DNA of 62,891 bases, filler included, from Aduncisulcus paluster (Eukaryota), in the NCBI GenBank assembly GCA_024181965.1. It is 6 parts of 6 records of this genome, joined end to end, with 100 filler letters (N's around TTAATTAATTAA, not from the genome) between each part and the next. Parts side by side here need not be neighbours in the genome. Positions count along the whole stretch, not along the records: positions 36,695 to 46,729 come from BQXS01012443.1; positions 46,830 to 54,898 come from BQXS01012445.1; 4 more parts are not named here. One strand, written 5' to 3'. This document shows, piece after piece, positions 43,437-54,998 of this stretch. The notes under the pieces were generated by a model. The model was not told the origin of the DNA and ran no database searches. It saw only the letters and a program-made list of their open reading frames with translations. The position numbers and the translations under genes are program-made. The number at the start of each line of letters is the position of its first letter. Position 1 is the first letter of the stretch.

Positions 43437-46325
43437 ATGCCACGAAATCCTTTTACGCAATGTGAACTTGAGAAATTGAGGGAAGATATTAAACTTACGG
43501 AGGATAGATTATCTGTTAGAACTCTATTTGATCGAATTTATCCTCGTTTTGGGAATACTTTGGATGAATTCTCTGAATCACCTTCTGCTATTCTATCTCA
43601 TCGAGAACTTTTGACTCTATTATTTGAATGTTTATCGTTGATTCTTAGACACACAGTTTTTGATGAAAATGGCAATGAATTTGAAATATTTATTATTAAT
43701 GATTATTCTCCTGATTTTGATAAATATTCCTGCTATGTTCTACCTATAATTCATCAATTCCTTAAGATTGAGTCTATTATTAGAGAAAATGCCCAATCTG
43801 AATCGATAGAGAAGGATGAAGATGAAGTGATCACCGCAAAAGTACAATCCTCTGGAAAAGTCAAAAAGGAAGAACAAGAAGAAGAAGAAAACGTGGGTCC
43901 GATAACGATATTTTTGATTAGAATAATTAAAATCTCTATGTCAAGAGATTACAACCTTCGTACAAGTCTATATTCCCAAGTTTCCCATCTTCTCTCCAAA
44001 ATGTTTTCCCTTGGCCAAACCAAGAAACTTGAAGATTCTCTTGTTGAGGATATCCTTGAAATATGCTCAGAGTTTGCGTTTTCAAGAGATGATTCCGTCA
44101 AGGATCCCCTTTCATTAGTTCTTCACCCTCATATCCAAGCCTGGATGAAGAGGTACCCTGAAAAGAAGTTTTTTACCCAGTGGGTCTGTATTCTTCGCCA
44201 TATTACAGCTGGAGATAGCGATAAACTTTCTCATAAACCCCGTTCTGCCTTAATGTGGTCCATGTTACACCCTGTACTGAATGTTGTAAAACATATTGGA
44301 TCCAAAGAAATGATATTTGATGGTAAATTGGATACAATTCTATCTTATTCCTTAATATTCTTTTCTAATCTAATCAGTGTACCTGTCCACATTGCTGAAA
44401 TGTATGAGGAAACCAAAGAGTACCTTGAGAACTGGTTTGAAATGGTTCAGAAAGGAAAAGAGGAAGATGGAGTAAGATATTGGTGTAAGCTTGTTTCTAC
44501 TTTCTCAACAATTCCTTCTATTGTTCCTCAATTATCCCCAAAGTTTGACGGTGCAATGGCATGGTGCAAGAAAAATGGATGTGCAAGTATTGACTATCCA
44601 AGATACCTCGGCAATTGCTTCCCTCATTTGAGGAAATGGGGTGATTTAATTGGTTCTATCAAGGAATGTGAAGATGAACACTTTCTTTCGACTCTTTACC
44701 TCGAACACAAACAAGACCTTCTCAAAGTGTTTTTTACAAACATATCCAGGAGTCAGATAAAAGAACATCAAAAGGAGATAATCTTGTGTTGTCAGTGTTT
44801 AAAAGCCTTTTGTAATCAAGAGATTGATGGAGAGAATTTATTCCCATTAAATTATTTCACTGATCTTGTAGACACCTTCATTGATCATTTGTCCAGAGTC
44901 GAAGAGGTATTGGAAACAGACATTGATAAAGAGTATTGTACAATTTGTCTGAATTATAGTCGCTCTGTTGATGAAAATGTAAATTATTATTACTTCCTTC
45001 CAAAGATATCTCCCACATTTGAACGTCTTCTCAAGAGAGGAACTGAGGAAATACTTGGGGAACCTATTCCAAATTGTGTTGTTGATACTCTCAACAATAT
45101 TTCAAAATCAAGCAATTCGTCAACAAAACTTTCTGTTCTAACTCTTATCAAACCTTATTTTAAGGATTGGTTGGAAAATTATGGAAGGGAATGTGGTTTC
45201 AATTTTTGTTTTTGGATGTTCATGTCTATGTTAAACAATATCACATCGAAAAGGTTCCCTATTCAATTGAATGAAGAAATCCATAACGAAGTTTTACCTT
45301 TATTTCTTCGTGTGATTAAAATTGTTCGGGATGAGTATTGTGGAGAAATGATAACATATTTTGATTGGGCTAATCCCCTTGATGAAATTCTACCATTCTT
45401 CTCCAATTTGAGTCGTTTTCATCCCCGAATTGTTTTTCGCTTGCTCACTTCTGATTGTAATCTTCTTGATGGGTGGTTGAAATTCTTTGAAAGGGAAGAA
45501 TGGATGTTTGAAAGAAAAAGGCAAGATATTGATAAATTGGTTTATTTTTTGTTAAGTATCATTGCTAATCTATCTGATACAACATGTCTCATTCCTCAAC
45601 TATCTCCAAAATATGATTGCTTTATGATGAGATGTTATGGTGGTGATTTGGGTAAATTAGTATTTTATGAAAATCGCAAATATTTTACCAATGTCATGTC
45701 TTTCATCGCATCTTCTTCCTCTCATTCTTCCAACCTTCTCCACTCTATTCCCATGATATCTATGATCCCTTCTCTTGAAACATCTTTATCCCCCGATTCT
45801 GACGGGTTTATGTATGCTTCTCACATTTGTTCTGGAATGAAATTTGTTCGATCACAGAAACACTTTGCCCCAAGAACTCATTATTATGATATTTCTAATG
45901 GAAAACCAATTGAAGCTAAATATGTCAAAAAAACTGGCGCAATTTGTTGTTCATTAGTGGTTGGGGATAAAGACGAAGCAGGGGATTCGAATGTTGTCAA
46001 ACACTCTTCTATCATCCAATACACGCCTCAACATTTACTTGTAACTATGCCATTCTCAGACGAAAGATCTCTGAGACAATCAATGTATGATCAGATTGAA
46101 CAAACAGGATGTGGCGTGGAGGCTTTGTTTGATGACAAAGGAAAATGCTGTCCATTCGAAGAGTTTGATCAGGATGCTTGGAGAGAGACGATGGAAGTTG
46201 TTGAGGAAGAGGAAGAATGGGGAAAAGAAGAAGAAGAAGAAGAAGAAGAAGAAGAAGAAGAAGAATGGGATGAAGAGTATGAAGAGGAATGGGACGAAGA
46301 GGAATGGGAGGAACAAGAAGAGTAG
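43437..46325 (+). CDS. Lineage-expanded helical-repeat protein with internal two-fold repeat and acidic tail
   Basis: 962 aa; IVPQLSPKFD and LIPQLSPKYD mark two repeat units; Glu/Trp-rich end. Confidence 0.85.
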   Translation: MPRNPFTQCELEKLREDIKLTEDRLSVRTLFDRIYPRFGNTLDEFSESPSAILSHRELLTLLFECLSLILRHTVFDENGNEFEIFIINDYSPDFDKYSCYVLPIIHQFLKIESIIRENAQSESIEKDEDEVITAKVQSSGKVKKEEQEEEENVGPITIFLIRIIKISMSRDYNLRTSLYSQVSHLLSKMFSLGQTKKLEDSLVEDILEICSEFAFSRDDSVKDPLSLVLHPHIQAWMKRYPEKKFFTQWVCILRHITAGDSDKLSHKPRSALMWSMLHPVLNVVKHIGSKEMIFDGKLDTILSYSLIFFSNLISVPVHIAEMYEETKEYLENWFEMVQKGKEEDGVRYWCKLVSTFSTIPSIVPQLSPKFDGAMAWCKKNGCASIDYPRYLGNCFPHLRKWGDLIGSIKECEDEHFLSTLYLEHKQDLLKVFFTNISRSQIKEHQKEIILCCQCLKAFCNQEIDGENLFPLNYFTDLVDTFIDHLSRVEEVLETDIDKEYCTICLNYSRSVDENVNYYYFLPKISPTFERLLKRGTEEILGEPIPNCVVDTLNNISKSSNSSTKLSVLTLIKPYFKDWLENYGRECGFNFCFWMFMSMLNNITSKRFPIQLNEEIHNEVLPLFLRVIKIVRDEYCGEMITYFDWANPLDEILPFFSNLSRFHPRIVFRLLTSDCNLLDGWLKFFEREEWMFERKRQDIDKLVYFLLSIIANLSDTTCLIPQLSPKYDCFMMRCYGGDLGKLVFYENRKYFTNVMSFIASSSSHSSNLLHSIPMISMIPSLETSLSPDSDGFMYASHICSGMKFVRSQKHFAPRTHYYDISNGKPIEAKYVKKTGAICCSLVVGDKDEAGDSNVVKHSSIIQYTPQHLLVTMPFSDERSLRQSMYDQIEQTGCGVEALFDDKGKCCPFEEFDQDAWRETMEVVEEEEEWGKEEEEEEEEEEEEEWDEEYEEEWDEEEWEEQEE

Positions 46326-47040
46326 ATATGGTGCAAGAAGAGTAGATGAGATGAAAAAAGAGTTGATGAGATGTAAGAAAGTGCGAGGTAGATGAGATGT
46401 ATGGAAAGATGCTGTTTAAGAAGATACTACTTAGGGACCTAGTTATGTGATAATGCTGAATCGGAAAATTCTATTAATAAATGATTAATTGTTATTACCT
46501 TCACATTTATACTGCGAAAAAACAATGCACAATGTGAAATCCATAGGATTCCTATGCATAGGAATTTTTCAATCTGACTCAGATCTCATTTGGGGCATCA
46601 TACAACTTGTATTCAAGTAGATGCAGCATGCTAGTAATGATTACTGTTAGCTGTTCTACAGAATTTATGCTTGGAGCAAATTTACTATTTTGAAATAAAA
46701 TATAAATTCCCAGTTTTTGGATTTGAAACNNNNNNNNNNNNNNNNNNNNNNNNNNNNNNNNNNNNNNNNNNNNTTAATTAATTAANNNNNNNNNNNNNNN
46801 NNNNNNNNNNNNNNNNNNNNNNNNNNNNNTATCGATAATTTCAGAGGGAAAAATAAAAATTCGGAGCAAGAATCCATGTTGAGCAATATTTTTGATTTCA
46901 AATTTATTAGCAACTATATCAGTCTAAAAGCACTGCTCAACATGTTTTTAAAATTATTTCCAAATTTTTTTCATTTATGAACGTTCTATATGGGCCTGGA
47001 ACATGAGGGTTCACGATGCTTTTCAGGATTTCGCAACAAA

Positions 47041-47636
47041 ATGAGTGATCCAAAGTTCTCGGTATGAATAATTTATTTCTTTCCATTAATGTGTTTTTTT
47101 TGAATCATTTTTTCTTATCTGATTGATATATTTTTGCACATATTGCGATTGCCATATTCTAGCCCACTACTGCAGAAGATCTCTCAAAATTTGTATGTAT
47201 TTGTTTTTCCAACATTAGTATTGTTGTGTTTTTAGATTTTTTTCTTTTCTAACTATTCAATTTGTTCGTTTTTAATGTGTTTTTTTTGAATCATTTTTTC
47301 TTATCTGATTGATATATTTTTGCACATATTGCGATTGCCATATTCTAGCCCACTACTGCAGAAGATCTCTCAAAATTTGTATGTATTTGTTTTTCCAACA
47401 TTAGTATTGTTGTGTTTTTAGATTTTTTTCTTTTCTAACTATTCAATTTGTTCGTTTTTAATTTGTTTTTTTTTATATCTTAGATACAAACTCTCTTAAC
47501 CGATGTAGGACGGAAATTTGAAGATATGTCCAAGAATGTGACCGAAAAAATAACAGAATTAAGTGATAGAGTGGCTGAATTAGAAAAAGATATTGGAAGT
47601 TTTATGATGCAGGTTCCCCAGGAAGAAAAAAAGTAA
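47041..47636 (+). CDS. HSBP1: Heat shock factor binding protein 1; spliced, absent from the ORF track
   Basis: Exons 47041-47061, 47163-47192 (duplicate at 47349-47378) and 47484-47636 give MSDPKFS-PTTAEDLSKF-IQTLLTDVGRKFEDMSKNVTEKITELSDRVAELEKDIGSFM. Introns GTATGA/GTATGT...TAG, with TTCTAAC branch-like motif. Confidence 0.85.
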
Positions 47637-47699
47637 TTCAATAATTAATAATAAAGAAAGTCTGTTAATCGACTATTTATTTATTTTTTAACATGTTAT

Positions 47700-50069
47700 T
47701 TATTTATTTTTTAACAGGGCAGCAATTGCAAGTCTTTCTTTCATCATCTCTCTCTCAAGTTTTTCTAAATCATTTATCGAGGTTTTTTTATGTGATGATG
47801 TATCCTTTCGCTCAAAAGTGGGATGAGAATCGCTTGTAGAAACTCTTGTCAAATTGGATCCATGCCCTTCATGATGTTGCTGACGACGCTCATGTTGACG
47901 AGGCTCATGTTGACGACGCTCATGTTGACGACGCCCATGGAATGGATTCTTTCTTGTTGCACTTATTGAGCTTCTCAAGGTACCTCTAGACGACGATCTT
48001 TTTGAGGCCAATAGAAATGTCTTTCTCGCGGCAGACGTTGGTGTTGAGCTTGGTGGGATTAAAGTCTGTTTTGATGACGCACGAAGAGAAGAACGGGAAG
48101 AAGAAGAAGCAGAAACATGATCTCCTTTCCTTTCCCTTCCTCTCTTCTCTTTTCCTCCTCTATAAGGAGTCCTTCTAGGTCCGTTTCTATGAATTCCACT
48201 TACAGAGGATGATGTATGCTGCCTTTGTTTTGATATTAGGTCAGTAGAAGATGCCCGTTCTTTTCTCCTTGATTCTAAAAGCTGACAAAACCTTGTTGAA
48301 GCTGGAGATTTTCCATAAGGGGATGTCCGAACTCTATGACGGGAATGAGAAAATGATTGGCGAACGGATGATGGCACATCATGGGAAACGCCAAGTTCCA
48401 TGGTTTCATCTTGGAATTTATAACTTCTAGATGGCGACATTTCTTCCAATTGAGTAAAAAGCTGGCCAGAGGGTGGGGATTGTAATGTTTTGACAAGGGT
48501 AGACCTCTGAAGTTCTGCTTTTGCATGGTCAATGATGGACGGTTGCTGATATGATGTGGAGGGTTGAAAGGGGAAACTATCACCGGTGCCATGACGAGAA
48601 TATGTCGAATCATACGGCTTGGACCTGAACTGGGGAGACTGGATGCGAGGGTGTTCTATTTTGGGACTTGAGAATAACTTGGGTTGAGTAAAGTTAAACA
48701 AATCATCAAATCGATTTGTATCATATACTTGCGATGGTTGAGATTGCACAGGAACCATCATTTCATGGCCGAATGCTTTGGATTGTGGTTGTTGTGACCT
48801 GTGGCCTGAAGCCGATAATGACCGGCCAGATGCCGATAATGACCGGCTTCTTCTTGGTTTCACTGCCCTACTCCCTCTAGCTGCAGAGGATGCACTACTT
48901 GGCCTTGCTCTCGACCTTTGTTGCATCTTAGGACGGTCTCTCTCAATGATAGGCTGGTCAAACTCCTCATGAGAAATTGGAGGATATGATTGTGGTGGAG
49001 AGTGGTGATGATCTGAAGGTGGTTCAATGAAGTGGGTTTGTCTGGATGAATACCGAGGACGAGATTGAGGACGAGATTGAGGACGAGATTGAGGACGAGA
49101 TTGAGGATTATGTTGGGAGATGGGGGCTTGGGTAGAATGACCACTCGAAGAAATAATCCGTGATGAGTCGGCACTCTTGCTCCTGTTATGGACTTTTGAA
49201 TATGATGCAGGTTGGTGTTGCTGAGAACGAAGCGTTGAGTGGAGAGATTGGATCGAATTACTCCTTCGTTTCTGAACAGTAGAACTGAATTCTTTGCGAC
49301 GCTTGGATTGCTTTTTGATCTGTTCAACATGTTTCTCTCTCTCTTGTTCTGCTAATCGTTCCTCTTCAATTCTTCGATGATGTTCTTCCATCTCCCTCCT
49401 CTCTCTCTTTGCACGCATTCGCCGATCACTGTGTCGACCGAATGGAACTTGTGTTGTCGGATCATGGGAACGTAATTGTCTCTCCCTTCCTGAGAAACGA
49501 TCAAATTGTGGCTCAGAATCTTGCTGAAACCGTTGAGGGGCTTCATTTTCGACAAGAGGCGAATCATATGGATTGAGTGGTTCAGGAGCAGGTAATGGGA
49601 TAATTTGGGGCATAGGATGCAAGTCTTCACGCTCATTTTCAAACCCAGGTTCTGGAATTCTTGAAGGTTCATGACTTGAAGGGGGTTTGGTTTGAGTTGC
49701 AAGCATCATATCGAGATAATCGCTCAGAGCAACAAGCTTCCCTTTTTTATCTGTTGATAGGGTTTTTGTCGATGGTAATGGATCAGGCTTATGTAAATTG
49801 AATTCATATATATCTTTCTTGAGACGTTCCTCTCTCAATCGTTTAACGCCACGAAGAGGTGTGGAGGCAGTTCCCATTAGAGCACATCGGGGAATATGTT
49901 GGTTTATCTTCTTTATATTTGATCTTGCGCGTTCTTTTCTTGTCGCACGTAGAACTTCCATGTTGTATCTTTCTAACTCTCCAATCGCTTCCATTCTTAA
50001 TATTTTCTTCCCGGCAATTATACCGGATGAGGATATTGCTGTAGATGCAATGTCTTCCAATGTATGCAT
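47700..50069 (-). CDS. Hypothetical low-complexity Ser/Arg/Gln-rich protein
   Basis: 789-aa ORF with short coiled-coils and PQSR and RRQHE repeats. Confidence 0.8.
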   Translation of the reverse strand: MHTLEDIASTAISSSGIIAGKKILRMEAIGELERYNMEVLRATRKERARSNIKKINQHIPRCALMGTASTPLRGVKRLREERLKKDIYEFNLHKPDPLPSTKTLSTDKKGKLVALSDYLDMMLATQTKPPSSHEPSRIPEPGFENEREDLHPMPQIIPLPAPEPLNPYDSPLVENEAPQRFQQDSEPQFDRFSGRERQLRSHDPTTQVPFGRHSDRRMRAKRERREMEEHHRRIEEERLAEQEREKHVEQIKKQSKRRKEFSSTVQKRRSNSIQSLHSTLRSQQHQPASYSKVHNRSKSADSSRIISSSGHSTQAPISQHNPQSRPQSRPQSRPQSRPRYSSRQTHFIEPPSDHHHSPPQSYPPISHEEFDQPIIERDRPKMQQRSRARPSSASSAARGSRAVKPRRSRSLSASGRSLSASGHRSQQPQSKAFGHEMMVPVQSQPSQVYDTNRFDDLFNFTQPKLFSSPKIEHPRIQSPQFRSKPYDSTYSRHGTGDSFPFQPSTSYQQPSIIDHAKAELQRSTLVKTLQSPPSGQLFTQLEEMSPSRSYKFQDETMELGVSHDVPSSVRQSFSHSRHRVRTSPYGKSPASTRFCQLLESRRKERASSTDLISKQRQHTSSSVSGIHRNGPRRTPYRGGKEKRGRERKGDHVSASSSSRSSLRASSKQTLIPPSSTPTSAARKTFLLASKRSSSRGTLRSSISATRKNPFHGRRQHERRQHEPRQHERRQQHHEGHGSNLTRVSTSDSHPTFERKDTSSHKKTSINDLEKLEREMMKERLAIAALLKNK

Positions 50070-51756
50070 ATATCTAAGCTGGTCGAAAATCGGGAAAATT
50101 GAAATAACATCGAAGGAATAAAAAATAAATTAAAAGCAATGGGAAAATTGAAATTATTGTATTATAAAATTTTATAATTATCATAAGTGCATTGCTTTAT
50201 ATTGAAATTGCGAGTATTGGAGCAAAATTGATGCGAATAGATTTTTTGTCGTGAAATACAAATTCTATTTACTGGACTACAGTATTGGGAACCATTGATA
50301 ATACATTATTAGTTGAAATTTCCTGTTACAGATGATGAATTATGCTGTTTAGTTTTATATTTCGAAGGAATTTCCCTTGAATAGAATGTGCATTCAAAGT
50401 TGTAAATAACTTTAAATTCAACTTATATAAATGCTTATGAAGCGGATTTCATCCTTTTATTTTGTTGCTTCTCCTCCCTACTATGAATTTTGAAAAATAG
50501 CTTGTTCTCAACAGACCAGTGACATGCTTGATGTTGTCATAACTAATGTGAGCAAAACAATCTATGATACAGCTTATTCCTGTTTCTCCTTAATTTAAAT
50601 CAATTAATATCTTAAGCTTCTCATCGCCGCCGGCGTGCTCGTTGCTATCGAGAGCCTTGATTTCGAAAAGTGAACACCCCAGAAACGATATTTTTCATAT
50701 TTTCTAAGGGTGATACCAATTACTTTTGTCTATTTCCCCATTTTGCTCATAATACTCAATCCTGTTGGAAAAGTACTAAATTAACCATACAATTCAGATC
50801 TAGTGGATCCATCTCATGCCACACATAGATCAATTAGAATGTCAATTTAGCTAATCAAAAGACAAAGTATTGACTTTTATTGACTTTTGTTAAAATATTC
50901 AACCAAGTCTCAACCTCGAGATCGAACACCCTCCAGCAAAAGAAAAAAAACAAAACGAATACTGAGCAGATAAATAGATTCGATTCAATTACCATTCTGG
51001 AAACCACCACAAAAATAAATTATGATGATTCATTTTCAAATAGTTGAGAACTAAACTTTTATAATATTATTATCACAACAATAACAATGATAACTAACCA
51101 GGGAATGAAAAAACAACATCAGTAACAAAAAAAAAATAGAAAAATAGAAAATCTAAAAATAGAAAATCTAAAAATAGGAATAGGAAAAAAAGGGGATAGA
51201 AAGGGGGATTTTCAAATCAAAAAAGTTTTTCAAAAGAAGAAAATAAAAATATATATACGCAAAAACGGGGTTTGTTTGTTCATCATCAAAATATCATAAG
51301 AAATAATAAGTGACAGAATCAACGATGGAAAATAACATACTTTACGTTGATTTAAAACAAACAATAATGATCATTGGAATTATATTAAAAATATAGAGAA
51401 TTATTAGAGAGTTAATATTTAATTTAATAAGGATTAGATAAAACAAAAATCACAACACAAATGCAACATAATTAATAAGATAACAAGAAGAATAAAGAAT
51501 TAAGCTGATTGTATAAAATTATGTAATCAAAGCTTTGATTTCCAAACTCTTACATATGTAAACAAATAATAAATCAAAATAAAGATTATTATCGCCTTAA
51601 AATTAATAAAAAAAATTAAAGTTTAAAGAGAGAAAAACAGAAAAGTTAATCCGAATCGAAAGGGGGGAAAAGAACAAATGAGTTGTAAAAAAAACATTTG
51701 ATGTATGTATATCACAATAATAAAGAATAAAATAAAAGAAATGAAGAAAAATGTCA

Positions 51757-53802
51757 TCATGTACAAAACAAATAAAGATTTGCTGCAGTGCCAACAGCAA
51801 TAATATCTTCACAAAGCTCATCTTTCTCACAAGAACCGGACATACCGATATCAATACACCTCACACGATCAATCCTTTGTTTGGAAATGGATGGGGATCC
51901 AACAGGAGAAAAGGGAGAGAATCCTGGGACCTCTGGGTGTTTTTGAGGTTTAAATCTGACTTTTGACTTCAAAAGATCCCTACTAACCTTGATATCCATC
52001 CGATACATCGAGGAATTGAGTGAAGAGATGGAGGATATGGTCGAAGAGCAAGGACCAGAGGAACTAGAAGAGCCAGCAGAGGAACTCACAGAGGTCGAGG
52101 AACTGTCTAGTGTGGAGAGGAGAGAAGGACCTTCGGAAGGAGAAGGAACACCGGCAGAATCAATACAAGAGCACAAAGAGTTGCTGTGAGACATAGAGTT
52201 CAACCCACATACCACCATGGAATCTCTAGTCCCACCAGTTACTATATAACACCCATTCTCAACGCCACTACATCCAATAAAACCACACGCAGACGCTGAC
52301 ATTGGAATGATTGACGGAGCATCACGGGGGATGGAGTCGCTGGAACTCAATGAATTTGAAGACTTACTCGCGGCCCTGCTTGATGAAGATGAATCCTTGA
52401 CGATAATGGACGATCTCTTGCTTTCTCTTGCTCTCTCCTTTTCTTTCTCCCTCTCTCTCTCTTTCTCTCTCTTTCCTCGTCCGATGGCCACAGCAACACA
52501 CTCGTAGACGGCCTCATTTGCGAATAAAGAAGGCAAGTGAGGGTTATATGAGTGGAACAAAGGAACAGACATGGAAATAGCAGAAGAATACCGTACACAG
52601 GGAGGCGAGGAGCCCATGGAGACCAGGGAGGGCGAGGACATGGAAGATGCAAGGGAAGAAAGGGAGGAAAGCGAAGAGAGAGACGAGAGTGATGTCGAAC
52701 GAGGGGAGACCGATAAGGTGGAGAGAGTGGGAGCTCGGTGGGAGCCTGTACTGAGTGTGGATAAGGGAGAATGACTGGAATAAGAACCTGATGATGTGAG
52801 TGTGGCTCCGGCAGTATGGGATAAGATTCGACGAATATCATAAAGCTTGACGGATGAGAAGTCCCGAATGGCAATGAGATGACCTTTGGCATCGAGAGAC
52901 ATTGTAGATCCAAGGACTTGTTTGTATTCACTCACTGAAGAGCCTGATGGGGCTTGGATGACGAGAGATGGATTATCATGGAGAGCTTTGGCCCTCATAT
53001 CAAGTAAGCGAACTCCACCGCTGCTTGTACCATATAAAATTGTATTGGAATCCGTTGGGTGAAATTTGGCAGTCGTTATTAATTCAGAAAGTTCAGTCAT
53101 ATCGGCAGGTTTTAAATCCACAATGTTAAAACAGGTGTCGGGACGTTCTAAGGACCATAAATGGATTCTTAGATCATCTGAACTCAGAAAGATTGTATCT
53201 TCATTAGAAAATGATAGAGAATGAATACGAAAACCTTGTTTGTCTGTAAACTCATGAACCATTGAAGCATATGGAGTAGAATGAAGGTATCTAACACTTG
53301 GTAACTGCAATTGACATGATGGTTCTTGTTTATATTCTCGTTTCTTTGGAAGATTGGCAATGATAGCAGAATTGCGATAAGTAACCTCTGTAGAACGTTT
53401 GTTCTTCACCTTCCAAAGTTTAATTGATCTGGAATTAGCTGTAATAAGGTTTTTTGTCTTTTCATATGTTCCTGGAACAAATTCAATCGCCGATAGAGCT
53501 TCGTCTATTTCTTGAGATCGTAAACAGTCAAATCCTTTTTCATGGGCCTGAAATTCGGTGAGAAATTTGAATTCGACGTGCGGTTTTCCTTTTTTCTTGC
53601 GTATATGGCTGCGCTCAAAGCATACGGCTCTTCCACCACGATCTCCAACACACAAGTATTTAGCATCTTGAGAAAAGCGAACAGTACTGATAATATCACT
53701 TTCGTTCATCTGTTGTTCCGTCGAAGTTGGCGATGTATCGCCAAATACTTGGCAGAATCGCAATTTTCTTTGTGTTCCTTTTTTTTCTTTTTCAACAGGC
53801 AT
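51757..53802 (-). CDS. PP2A regulatory subunit B55 (WD40) with long Ser-rich insertions
   Basis: FCQVFG, DIISTVRF, GDRGGR, EFQAHE..FDCLRSQEIDE, FLSSDDLRIHLW, IVDLKPADMTELSELIT, IIAVGTAANLYLF. Confidence 0.93.
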   Translation of the reverse strand: MPVEKEKKGTQRKLRFCQVFGDTSPTSTEQQMNESDIISTVRFSQDAKYLCVGDRGGRAVCFERSHIRKKKGKPHVEFKFLTEFQAHEKGFDCLRSQEIDEALSAIEFVPGTYEKTKNLITANSRSIKLWKVKNKRSTEVTYRNSAIIANLPKKREYKQEPSCQLQLPSVRYLHSTPYASMVHEFTDKQGFRIHSLSFSNEDTIFLSSDDLRIHLWSLERPDTCFNIVDLKPADMTELSELITTAKFHPTDSNTILYGTSSGGVRLLDMRAKALHDNPSLVIQAPSGSSVSEYKQVLGSTMSLDAKGHLIAIRDFSSVKLYDIRRILSHTAGATLTSSGSYSSHSPLSTLSTGSHRAPTLSTLSVSPRSTSLSSLSSLSSLSSLASSMSSPSLVSMGSSPPCVRYSSAISMSVPLFHSYNPHLPSLFANEAVYECVAVAIGRGKREKEREREKEKERARESKRSSIIVKDSSSSSRAASKSSNSLSSSDSIPRDAPSIIPMSASACGFIGCSGVENGCYIVTGGTRDSMVVCGLNSMSHSNSLCSCIDSAGVPSPSEGPSLLSTLDSSSTSVSSSAGSSSSSGPCSSTISSISSLNSSMYRMDIKVSRDLLKSKVRFKPQKHPEVPGFSPFSPVGSPSISKQRIDRVRCIDIGMSGSCEKDELCEDIIAVGTAANLYLFCT

Positions 53803-54239
53803 AAGAATGGGTCTTGTACACCAAAATTAGAATAAATTGAAAAATGGAAACGAAATTTATGAAGGTAATGAGGTTGTTGTTTATATGTTCGAAGGAAGAT
53901 GAAAAAATATTCGCTCGAACCGAAATATTGGCGTATACCATGATGCGATCTCTGAGCGAACTTTAATACATTTCGAATTTGGAAAATAGCATATTGTGTT
54001 CCCATAAACAAGTGAATTTTTTATATTTTAGGAGATTTCATCTATTTCTAGAGATGTTTTCCTTTTGTGATTCGTCGCAGTGCGACCGTCGCTCAAGTTG
54101 AACTATATAAATCTACATATCCAAATACAGAAATAGTCAAGTATTATTTTACTGAATGAATAGAAAAATAATGTCTAGTATGCGTCATGGGACTAATTTA
54201 CTTACAAGGTAGTACATAATTAGATAAGGATTAATGGGC

Positions 54240-54898
54240 TTAGAATCCCTCGTCGGCCATACCCTCATCTTCACCCTCTTCAATAGGACTGTCGGCACCG
54301 ATCTCCTCGTAATCCTTCTCAAGGGCAGCAAGATCTTCACGAGCCTCAGAGAACTCACCTTCTTCCATACCTTCTCCAACGTAGTGGTGAACGAAGGCAC
54401 GCTTCTGGTACATAAGATCGAACTTGTGGTCCATACGAGACCAAACCTCGGCGATGGCGGTGGTGTTGCTGATCATAAGACAGCTTCTCTGAACCTTGGC
54501 AAGGTCACCTCCAGGGACAACGGCGGGGGGTTGGTAGTTGATACCAATCTTGAAACCAGTAGGACACCAGTCAACGAATTGGATGGTACGCTTGGTCTTG
54601 ATGGTGGCAACAGCGGTGTTAACGTCCTTGGGAACGACATCACCACGGAACATAAGAACACAAGCCATGTACTTACCGTGACGGGGATCACACTTAACCA
54701 TCATGTTAGCGGGCTCGAAAACAGAGTTGGTGAGCTCGGCAACAGAGAGTTGCTCGTGGTAGGCCTTCTCAGCAGAGATGATAGGAGCGTAAGAGCAGAG
54801 AGGGAAGTGGATACGAGGGTAGGGAACCAAGTTGGTCTGGAACTCAGTAAGATCAACGTTCAAAGCACCATCGAATCTGAGGGAAGCAGTGATGGAGG
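54240..54898 (-). CDS. TUBA: Alpha-tubulin, C-terminal half (5' part cut by the contig edge)
   Basis: [56 protein letters not shown]. Confidence 0.98.
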
Positions 54899-54998
54899 NN
54901 NNNNNNNNNNNNNNNNNNNNNNNNNNNNNNNNNNNNNNNNNNTTAATTAATTAANNNNNNNNNNNNNNNNNNNNNNNNNNNNNNNNNNNNNNNNNNNN

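Noticed and set aside
46548..46565. 18-bp perfect palindrome ATTCCTATGCATAGGAAT
   Set aside because: Isolated, with no associated feature or second copy in the window.
50612..50700. GC-rich patch as U4 snRNA
   Set aside because: Only scattered 5-mers match; it reads equally well as a decayed coding fragment.
54234..54950. Long antisense/alternate ORFs over tubulin, H2A (7852-8280) and malic enzyme (58555-59436)
   Set aside because: Shadows of biased codon usage in highly expressed genes; no independent protein signal.
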